Shown in pieces: positions 56,462 through 64,000 of a DNA stretch of 64,000 bases (its first letter is position 1; each line of letters begins with the position of its first letter). Source of the DNA: Bacteroidaceae bacterium (GTDB lineage Bacteria; Bacteroidota; Bacteroidia; Bacteroidales; Bacteroidaceae); assembly GCA_017940185.1 (NCBI GenBank), contig JAGAZE010000036.1, positions 11,308 through 75,307 on the forward strand, in the 5' to 3' direction. A program made the position numbers and the translations under genes. The notes beneath the pieces were generated by a model that did not search any database, had not been told where the DNA came from, and saw only the letters and a program-made list of their open reading frames with translations.

Positions 56462-58153
56462 ATGCAACCGTCAGTCACCCCTTTGCCCTTTGCCCTGCTG
56501 GGCATTCCCGCCCCGCTCTGCCAAGCCGTGGCAGAGATGGGATTTGAGCAACCTATGCCCATACAGCAGGCTGTCATACCCTTCCTGCTGCACACACAAC
56601 ACGACCTCATAGCATTGGCACAGACCGGCACGGGCAAGACAGCGGCCTACGGACTGCCACTGCTCGCACTGCTGGCAGGCAGCACACGAGGCAATAACGC
56701 AGCGACTCGCCAGCCCCAAACACTCATTCTCAGTCCCACGCGCGAGTTGTGCCTGCAAATCACCGGCGACCTGCAAGCCTACGCCGCCTACATGCCACAG
56801 CTGCACATAGCCGCCGTCTACGGAGGAGCACCCCTGCCGCCGCAGCAGAAAGCACTGCGCAAAGGCGTAGACATCGTCGTGGCAACACCGGGACGACTCA
56901 TCGACCTATACAACAGAGGCGACGCCCGACTCGACGGTATCAGCACGCTTATACTCGACGAAGCCGACGAGATGCTCAACATGGGATTTCGCGAGGCCCT
57001 CGACGAGATACTGCAAGCGCTGCACCGACGTCACCCGCGCACACTGCTCTTCTCAGCCACCATGAGCCGGGAGGTGGAGCAGATAGCGCAACACTACCTG
57101 CACGAACCCGAACAAATAGTGGTGGGCAGCCGCAACGAAGGGGCTGAAAATGTAAACCACCTCTACTACCTTGTCAGAGCGGCCGACAAATACCTCGCTC
57201 TGAAACGCATCGTCGACTACCACCCGCGCATCTATGCCATCGTCTTCTGCCGCACAAAGGCAGAGACACAACAGATTGCCGACCAGCTCATACGCGACGG
57301 ATACAACGCCGAAGCGCTGCACGGCGATCTGGCACAGCAACAACGCGACCTCACCATGCAGAAGTTTCGCACACATGTCACCCAGTTGCTCATCGCTACC
57401 GACGTGGCAGCAAGAGGACTCGATGTCGACAACCTCACACACGTGATACACTACGGACTGCCCGGCGACAACGAGACTTATACGCACCGTGCGGGACGTA
57501 CGGGAAGAGCTGGGAAAAAAGGCACGTCGATAGCCATCGTGCACACCAAAGAGATGCACCGCATACGCGACATCGAAAAGCAGCTGGGAAAACAATTCCA
57601 ACAACAGCCCCTGCCCTCACCCGACGACATCTGCACCAAGCAACTCTATAAAGTAATCGACGAGATAGAGCACACCGACGTCGACGAGCAGCAGATAGCT
57701 CCCTTCCTCCAACACCTGCAGTGGCACTTCGGCTACCTCGACAAGGACACCATCATACAAAAGGTCATTGCACGCGAGTTTGGCAAGTTTCTCAACTACT
57801 ATGCCCATGCACCCGAGATAGAAAAGGTGGAAGCACCGAAGAGCCGCACAACCGGAAAGGGAAAAGGCAGAAAAGACATCGGCGACTCACCCAAAAACGC
57901 AACACATAAACCCGAACGGGGCTACAAGGTCGTGCAGGTGAACCTCGGCAAGCACGAAGGGTTCTACCCCGGCGTGGTGATGCAGCTTATCAACCGATAC
58001 ATCCCCGGCCGACAGACAGTGGGGCACATCCAGCTCTACGAACACAAAGCGCTCATAGAGGTGCCGGCACGCGATGCCGACAGAGTGGCCAAAGCGCTTA
58101 ACGGAAAATACTTTAAGAACAAAGAAATAAAAGCAAGAACGGAATCCAGATAA
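56462..58153 (+). CDS. DEAD-box RNA helicase with DbpA-type RNA-binding C-terminus
   Basis: Q motif, AQTGTGKT, PTREL, TPGR, DEAD, SAT, ARGLD, HRAGRTGR. Confidence 0.95.
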   Translation: MQPSVTPLPFALLGIPAPLCQAVAEMGFEQPMPIQQAVIPFLLHTQHDLIALAQTGTGKTAAYGLPLLALLAGSTRGNNAATRQPQTLILSPTRELCLQITGDLQAYAAYMPQLHIAAVYGGAPLPPQQKALRKGVDIVVATPGRLIDLYNRGDARLDGISTLILDEADEMLNMGFREALDEILQALHRRHPRTLLFSATMSREVEQIAQHYLHEPEQIVVGSRNEGAENVNHLYYLVRAADKYLALKRIVDYHPRIYAIVFCRTKAETQQIADQLIRDGYNAEALHGDLAQQQRDLTMQKFRTHVTQLLIATDVAARGLDVDNLTHVIHYGLPGDNETYTHRAGRTGRAGKKGTSIAIVHTKEMHRIRDIEKQLGKQFQQQPLPSPDDICTKQLYKVIDEIEHTDVDEQQIAPFLQHLQWHFGYLDKDTIIQKVIAREFGKFLNYYAHAPEIEKVEAPKSRTTGKGKGRKDIGDSPKNATHKPERGYKVVQVNLGKHEGFYPGVVMQLINRYIPGRQTVGHIQLYEHKALIEVPARDADRVAKALNGKYFKNKEIKARTESR

Positions 58154-58187
58154 TATAACACATCCCCGAACTCTACCTCCACGAACT

Positions 58188-59009
58188 ATGCAGAAATACG
58201 CAGACTACATCCAGCAAATAGAAATCGACTCCCTTTGGAGCGGTAAGAAGCACATCGTGTGGAACCTGCACCCGCAAGTCAACATCCTCAGCGGTGTCAA
58301 CGGCATGGGTAAGAGCACCATCCTCAACAAGGTCGTCAAGGGCCTGCGCGCAGGAGGTGAGTTTCCGAGCCACATGCTCAAGGGCGTGAAGCTGAAGGTG
58401 TTTCCCGAAGCGTGCAAGTGGATACGCTTCGATGTGATACGCTCCTTCGACAGGCCGCTCATGAACAGCGAGACAATAGGGAAAATCGATATCAGCCTCG
58501 TCACAGAACTCGACTGGCAGCTCTTCCAGCTGCAGCGCAAGTATCTCGACTACCAGGTCAACATCGGCAACCGCATCATCAATGTGTTGCAGCAGGGCGG
58601 GCCCGATGCAGCGCAGAAAGCGGCACTGATAAGCGCACCGAAAACACGCTTCCAAGACATCGTCGACAATCTCTTTGCCGACACAGGAAAGAAAATCTTA
58701 CGAACGGAAAACGAGATTCGGTTCACACAGATCGGCGAAACACTCCACCCCTACCAGCTCTCAAGCGGAGAAAAGCAAATGCTCGCCATTCTCCTCACCG
58801 TGCTCATTGAAGACAACCAGCACACAGTGCTCTTCATGGACGAACCCGAAGTGAGCCTGCACATTGAATGGCAAAAACAACTCATCGACCTCATTCTCGA
58901 ACTCAACCCCAACGTGCAGATTATACTCACCACACACTCGCCGGCCGTCATCATGAAAGGATGGCTCGACCAGGTGACAGAAGTGAGCGATATCACAGTC
59001 GACGAGTAG
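58188..59009 (+). CDS. ABC/AAA_21-type ATPase (AriA-like)
   Basis: Walker A GVNGMGKST, signature LSSGEKQ, Walker B LFMDEPE, H-loop TTHSP; no TM partner. Confidence 0.9.
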   Translation: MQKYADYIQQIEIDSLWSGKKHIVWNLHPQVNILSGVNGMGKSTILNKVVKGLRAGGEFPSHMLKGVKLKVFPEACKWIRFDVIRSFDRPLMNSETIGKIDISLVTELDWQLFQLQRKYLDYQVNIGNRIINVLQQGGPDAAQKAALISAPKTRFQDIVDNLFADTGKKILRTENEIRFTQIGETLHPYQLSSGEKQMLAILLTVLIEDNQHTVLFMDEPEVSLHIEWQKQLIDLILELNPNVQIILTTHSPAVIMKGWLDQVTEVSDITVDE

Positions 59010-59138
59010 AAAAGAAAAGGCCTGGAAGCTCTGGATAGAGCCGGAAACTTTAGCACCCCCTCGCCTTCGTCTGTTGCAGCGCAATTCTGTTGCGCTCCTT
59101 TCCCTCCACTTTCACGCCCCCTCTCCCAACTTCTTCCC

Positions 59139-60128
59139 ATGCCCTCCCTACGCGACAATATCAATAGCGAATACATCGCTGCTGCCAACAGGATGCGCTC
59201 CCGACAGGCGCGGCGACGCATCGTAGCCTATGTGGAAAGCTACGACGACATCTTCTTTTGGCGAACAGTGCTCTCAAGATTCGAAAACGAGCAACTCTAC
59301 TTCGAAGTGATGCTGCCATCGCGCTACAACCTGTCGAAAGGAAAGAAACCCGTGCTCATGAACCTCATCGGCAACAAGGTGGGACACGATATGATAGCAT
59401 GCGTCGACGCCGACTACGACTACCTGCTCCAAGGACGCACCAAACTCTCTGCCGACATCATCAACAACCCCTACATACTTCACACATACGTCTACGCCAT
59501 TGAAAACTACCAGTGCTACGCTCCCTCGCTGCACAACGTGTGCGTGATGGTGACACTCAACGACCGGCAAGTGTTCGATTTCCAACGATTCATGCGCACA
59601 TACTCCCAAGCCATCTATCCCCTCTTCGTGTGGAACATTTGGCACTACCGGTATGGATGCTATTCCGACTTTACCATGAGCGACTTCAACCGTGTGATAG
59701 AGACGGGCAACATCAACATCGGGCGGCCCGCGCAAGCCATCGACAACGTGCAGCGAAAGGTGCAACGCAAGGTCAGTGCTCTCAAGCACATGCATCCCGA
59801 CGCCGTCCCGCAGGTGGAACAACTGGCGCAGGAGCTCACACAACTGGGCATCACGCCCGACACCACTTATCTGTATATACAAGGACACCACCTCTACGAC
59901 AAGGTGGTGACACCGCTGCTCAAGAAGGTGTGCAGCCGGTTGCGCCAGCAACGCGAAAACGAAATACACCACAACGCGCAGCATGGAACACAGCTGCGCA
60001 ACGAACTGGCCAGCTACAGCCACTCCGTGGGCGACATCAACACCATGCTGCGACGCAACACCGAATACCAGACGGCATTGCCCTTCCTGCAATTGTTGAA
60101 AGATGTAGAGAGAATAATCGGCAATTGA
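59139..60128 (+). CDS. DUF4435 TOPRIM-like protein (AriB-like)
   Basis: AYVESYDD..FW, CVDADYD (DxD), YAIENY, IQGH. Confidence 0.82.
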   Translation: MPSLRDNINSEYIAAANRMRSRQARRRIVAYVESYDDIFFWRTVLSRFENEQLYFEVMLPSRYNLSKGKKPVLMNLIGNKVGHDMIACVDADYDYLLQGRTKLSADIINNPYILHTYVYAIENYQCYAPSLHNVCVMVTLNDRQVFDFQRFMRTYSQAIYPLFVWNIWHYRYGCYSDFTMSDFNRVIETGNINIGRPAQAIDNVQRKVQRKVSALKHMHPDAVPQVEQLAQELTQLGITPDTTYLYIQGHHLYDKVVTPLLKKVCSRLRQQRENEIHHNAQHGTQLRNELASYSHSVGDINTMLRRNTEYQTALPFLQLLKDVERIIGN

Positions 60129-60167
60129 CAACCCCGCCTGAGAAAGCGCATTATCGATTGTCAATTG
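60122..60167. terminator. Inverted repeat between convergent genes
   Basis: caattgacaa / ttgtcaattg arms. Confidence 0.45.
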
Positions 60168-60171
60168 TCGG

Positions 60172-61134
60172 TTACACAAACGTTTCCAGCACCTTCACCT
60201 TTCCGCTGATGGTCACTGTCTGCGTAGTGGCCGACAGTAGCAATGTCTCGCCTTGCCTTACGGGCATCTCTTCGCCCTCCTCGGTGGTGAGCGTGCCTTC
60301 GCCCTCTACGACGATGAGTGCCACGAAGGAGTCGAGTTCGCTGTAGTCGAGCGTCATCGGCTCGGTGAGGCGGTAGAGCGACGTGGTGAAGTAGGGGCAT
60401 TGTGCGAGCACGGTGCCTTCGTTGTCATTATGGGGATAGTGTGTGCGGTAGTCGTCGCTCACGCTATAGTCGATGCACTCTGCTGCCTGCTGCGTGTGCA
60501 GCGGGCGCAGATGCCCGTCTTTGTCGCGGCGGTTGAAGTCGTAGATGCGATAGGTGGTGTCGCTGGTCTGTTGTATCTCGGCGAGGAAGCATCCCGCACC
60601 GATGCTGTGTATGCGTCCGCCGGGGAGGAAGAACACATCGCCAGCCTTCACCCTATAGTGTGCCAGGGCATCGCAGATGGCATCGCTCTCCACCAGGCGG
60701 GTATACTCCGCAGGCGTTATCTCTCGTCGCAAACCGCTGTAGAGATGTGCCGCTTCGGTAGCGTCGATGATATACCACATCTCTGTCTTGCCGCGCGGCA
60801 ACCCTTGCCGGCGCGCAGTGGCATCGTCGGGGTGTACCTGGATGGACAGATCCTGGCGCGCATCGATAAACTTGATGAGCAACGGAAACTCATTGCCGAA
60901 CTGCCGATAGTTGTCACCGCCCACGAGGTCGCCCTTCAGCTCGTCGATGAGCTGCGGCAGCGTGTAGCCGGCATAGCGACCGTCGGCAACAACCGACTCG
61001 CTGCCACCAACACCACTGATCTCCCAACTCTCACCTACATTGCCTTGCACAACGTCGAGATGCTTGAAGGGGATAAGTCGCTCGCCACCCCAAAGGGTGG
61101 ACTTCAGTATAGGACGAAAACGAAAAACTGACAT
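60172..61134 (-). CDS. manA: Mannose-6-phosphate isomerase, class I
   Basis: LWGG, GESWEIS, FPLLIKFIDA, LSIQVHP, KTEMWY, EIQQTSD.TYR. Confidence 0.93.
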   Translation of the reverse strand: MSVFRFRPILKSTLWGGERLIPFKHLDVVQGNVGESWEISGVGGSESVVADGRYAGYTLPQLIDELKGDLVGGDNYRQFGNEFPLLIKFIDARQDLSIQVHPDDATARRQGLPRGKTEMWYIIDATEAAHLYSGLRREITPAEYTRLVESDAICDALAHYRVKAGDVFFLPGGRIHSIGAGCFLAEIQQTSDTTYRIYDFNRRDKDGHLRPLHTQQAAECIDYSVSDDYRTHYPHNDNEGTVLAQCPYFTTSLYRLTEPMTLDYSELDSFVALIVVEGEGTLTTEEGEEMPVRQGETLLLSATTQTVTISGKVKVLETFV

Positions 61135-61177
61135 GGGAATGGATAGTTGACAATTGACAATAGATAATTATCTGCTC

Positions 61178-63241
61178 TTACTGTTCTGTTTCTGCTCCCA
61201 GTACTTTGGGTGGTATTTCTTTTATTCCAAGTCGTCGTGCTCTGTCGCGGTTGCGCAGTGCCACCGATTTCTTTTCTTCTCTTTGCTGGGTGTTGTTCAT
61301 GTTGTTGCCTGCTGCTGTGCCGGCACCCATGTCGCGTGGTTTCTGCTTGTGTGCCGGTACGGCGGTGGGGTTCCATCGCTCGCGTATGTCCCAGTTGGCG
61401 CGCACGTTGATGCCGCGCGGATAGTAGCACAGCAGTTCGGGTTGTTGCCTCCGGTGGTAGTCGCCGGTGCTCCATTGTCCGTCGCCGTCGGCATCGATGA
61501 AGGCACGCAGGTAGTAGGTGCCGGCACGCAGGTAGAAGAAGGGCAAGGTGCCGTCGTCGGTTGTCGCTGTCTTCACCACGCTGCCCTGCTTGTTGAGCAG
61601 CTGTGCCACCACGTGCTGTCCGGCCCATCCGTCGAGGGTGACGACAAGCGAACCGTATTCCGAGGCATCGGGCACCTTCAGTCCTACCTTATAGGCGGTG
61701 TTCACGCGACCGTAGATGTCAACAAAGGCGGCAGAGTCAATCTCCAGACTGTACGACGTGTTGTGTTGCCATGCCGCGCGCAACTCATACTGTCGGTGCC
61801 CCGTCTCTATAAAGCGTTTGTCGATGGGGTGCCACGTGCTGTCTTGTGTGGCGTAGAGATGTATGGCGGCGGTATCGATGCGTGCCAGCGGCGTGGGCAT
61901 CTGTATGGGGATGCCGTAGTCGGGCGGCATAATGGGCAGTATGTTGTATTTGGGTTGCAGCATGTCGGCGGGCATCATGCTCTCAGTGGACTCACCGCGC
62001 TGCTTGCGCCGCTGTTGCTGCTGCTGCCAGCGCGCGTACTCCCTGGCGCGGTCTTTCTGTCGCAGCTCGTAAGAGCGTCGTGCCACCACATCAAGGGTGT
62101 CGGAGCGCGTCAGCAGCACGTCGAGGCTGTCGTCGGTGGCGCGGTAGGTGAGGCTCAGGCGCAGCGTGTCTTGCTTGATGAGTGTGCTGTCGCGCAGCCA
62201 GTAGGTGAGCGTGTCGTTGTGCTGTGATGCCTCCACCACGAAGGCATTGGTGTCGTCGAAGTTGAGACCACTCACGCGGGGCTGCTCCGTGTCGGGTGCG
62301 GTGAAGAGTATGCTCAGGCGGTCGGCGTCGGTGCGTGTGACCTTCAGCAGGTGGCGCTGCGTGGGTGTGGCGGTGAAGGCGCGCAGCACGATGTCGTCGG
62401 GGCGGTAGTGTGTATAGGCTGTGCGCCGTATGTCGCGTATGTGGAGCGAGTCGCGCCACAGTGTGTCCTGGCGGTTGGCTGCCGACAGCGAGGGCACGTA
62501 GATGCTGTCGTCGAAGGCTACCTGTTCCGAGGGCAGGCTATAGCTGAAGTCGGCGTCGATGTCGGCCAGTGCCATCACGCGGTAGCGTCCGTGTGCCACG
62601 CCCTTCACGGTGAAGTGTCCTTGTGCGTCGGTGCGCGCCACACGCTGCAACGACACATGGCCCGTCTCAGACGCTCGCGCTTCTGCGCTTTCCAACGCTC
62701 CCCCGTCGTCGGCCGTCACCACGCCCACGAGTATGCCCTGCACGGGAGCAAGGGTGAGAGCATCCACCACATGCCCGCTCACCTGCATGGAGTCGATGGA
62801 AGTGCCGGTAGAGAAGGTGTAGGTGTAGTTGCCCATGGGGTTGCCCTCGTTGAGGTCGGTGATGGCATCGGAGAAATCGATGGTGTAGGTGGTGTTCGCC
62901 TTCAGACTGTCGTTGAGGTCTACCACGATGCGTCGTCCCTGTACGCGGATGGTGGGTGGCTCATGTTGTGCGGGCGACACTACCACGTTCTGCTGTGGGT
63001 TTTCCAGCTTGATATATTCGTCGAAGTTGATGATGATTCGTCGGTTGCTCACGCCTGTGGCACCGTCGGCGGGCATGCTTCCCATGACGCGCGGCGGCAG
63101 CTGGTCGTACCATCCGCCGTCGGGCTGTCCCATGCGGGCGCACGATGTGAGGCACATTGCTACGGCCAGCAGCAGGCAGTGCCACAGGCGGCATGCTGAG
63201 CAGGCAGCGGCGGGGTGGGGGAGGGGAGAGGGTGTGGTCAT
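61178..63241 (-). CDS. Ig-like (Big_5) domain lipoprotein
   Basis: Lipobox LTSC; PDGG..D..PP, FDEYIKL, NTTYTIDFSDAITDLNEGN, FIDADGDGQWSTG; exact start uncertain. Confidence 0.85.
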   Translation of the reverse strand: MTTPSPLPHPAAACSACRLWHCLLLAVAMCLTSCARMGQPDGGWYDQLPPRVMGSMPADGATGVSNRRIIINFDEYIKLENPQQNVVVSPAQHEPPTIRVQGRRIVVDLNDSLKANTTYTIDFSDAITDLNEGNPMGNYTYTFSTGTSIDSMQVSGHVVDALTLAPVQGILVGVVTADDGGALESAEARASETGHVSLQRVARTDAQGHFTVKGVAHGRYRVMALADIDADFSYSLPSEQVAFDDSIYVPSLSAANRQDTLWRDSLHIRDIRRTAYTHYRPDDIVLRAFTATPTQRHLLKVTRTDADRLSILFTAPDTEQPRVSGLNFDDTNAFVVEASQHNDTLTYWLRDSTLIKQDTLRLSLTYRATDDSLDVLLTRSDTLDVVARRSYELRQKDRAREYARWQQQQQRRKQRGESTESMMPADMLQPKYNILPIMPPDYGIPIQMPTPLARIDTAAIHLYATQDSTWHPIDKRFIETGHRQYELRAAWQHNTSYSLEIDSAAFVDIYGRVNTAYKVGLKVPDASEYGSLVVTLDGWAGQHVVAQLLNKQGSVVKTATTDDGTLPFFYLRAGTYYLRAFIDADGDGQWSTGDYHRRQQPELLCYYPRGINVRANWDIRERWNPTAVPAHKQKPRDMGAGTAAGNNMNNTQQREEKKSVALRNRDRARRLGIKEIPPKVLGAETEQ

Positions 63242-63999
63242 GATTGATTGGCCTTCAGGTCGGCGTTCATCAGCAGCAGTTCGTCGATGATATGTCGGTC
63301 GTTGGACAGGCGCGGCACCTTATGCTGTCCGCCCAGCTTGCCCTTCGACTTCAGCCAGAGGTCGAACAGTCCCTGCTGTGCCACGACAATCTCGAGGGGT
63401 TGCAGGGTGATGTCTTTATAGCGTTTGGCTTCGTAGTCGCTGTTGATGTGTTGCAGCTGTTTGTCGAGCATGTCGGCAAAGCGTGCCATGTCGGCGGGGC
63501 GCTTGGCGAAGTCGATGAGCCACTGATGGCGGCAGTGGCCCTGCTGGTCCATGAAGATGGGTGCTGCCGTGTAGTCGCGCACCTCGGCACCCAGCTCCTC
63601 ACACACGTGCGCAAGAGCCTTCTCTGCGTTGTCTACGATGAGTTCTTCGCCAAAGGCGTTGATATAGTGTTTGGTGCGGCCGGTGATGACAAACTTGTAG
63701 GGGTTTTTCTGTGTAAACTTCACCGTGTCGCCTATGATATACCGCCACAGTCCGCACGAGGTGGATATCACCATGGCGTAGTTTTTTCCCACTTCCACGT
63801 CGCTGAGCGGCATCACCACGGGCGTCTCGGAGTGGAAGGTGTCCATGGGGATGAACTCGTAGAACGTGTCGTAGTCTATCATGAGCAGCATGGCGGGGTC
63901 GCTCAGGTCGCTCTGTATGCCGAAGAATCCCTCGCTGGCGTTGTAGGTCTCCATGTAGTGCATGTGCGGTGAGCGTATGAGCTGCTCGTAGGTCTTGCG
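63238..63999 (-). CDS. GH3 (auxin-responsive) family acyl-adenylate ligase, 5' end outside window
   Basis: ETYNASEGFF, GLWRYIIGD, ITGRTK, NSDYEAKR, GGQHKVPRL. Confidence 0.9.
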   Translation of the reverse strand, partial: RKTYEQLIRSPHMHYMETYNASEGFFGIQSDLSDPAMLLMIDYDTFYEFIPMDTFHSETPVVMPLSDVEVGKNYAMVISTSCGLWRYIIGDTVKFTQKNPYKFVITGRTKHYINAFGEELIVDNAEKALAHVCEELGAEVRDYTAAPIFMDQQGHCRHQWLIDFAKRPADMARFADMLDKQLQHINSDYEAKRYKDITLQPLEIVVAQQGLFDLWLKSKGKLGGQHKVPRLSNDRHIIDELLLMNADLKANQS

Positions 64000-64000
64000 G

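Noticed and set aside
58188-59009. ABC transporter ATP-binding subunit
   Set aside because: No permease nearby; the partner is a TOPRIM-like protein

Overview
A 64-kb chromosomal segment from a Bacteroidales bacterium, probably Prevotella-like. This is supported by TAnnTTTG -7 promoters, the lack of obvious Shine-Dalgarno sites and T9SS-type C-terminal domains. Most of the window is housekeeping: ETF/acyl-CoA dehydrogenase, sufE, asd, rnr, 2-oxoacid:ferredoxin oxidoreductase, uridine kinase, Na/Pi transporter, succinate CoA-transferase, nadA, trkAH, dxs, ispG, rpoN, DEAD helicase and manA. I saw no rRNA, tRNA, transposase or CRISPR array. Notable items: (1) a four-gene VTC polyphosphate-polymerase / DUF4956 / outer-membrane barrel / surface-lipoprotein operon that looks like a trans-envelope polyphosphate (polyanion) synthesis-export system; (2) a DnaA-box cluster next to nadA (probable oriC); (3) a PARIS-like ABC-ATPase + DUF4435 TOPRIM pair among core genes; (4) a T9SS-cargo locus with a translationally coupled YxxP acidic small protein and a ~320-nt leader; (5) a dispersed intercistronic hairpin present three times, always in the sense orientation; (6) a 22-bp x12 tandem array and a 72-bp structured repeat; (7) a nim-family nitroimidazole reductase; (8) a 53-aa rubredoxin missed by the ORF track. 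Family names come from motif recognition, not database searches.
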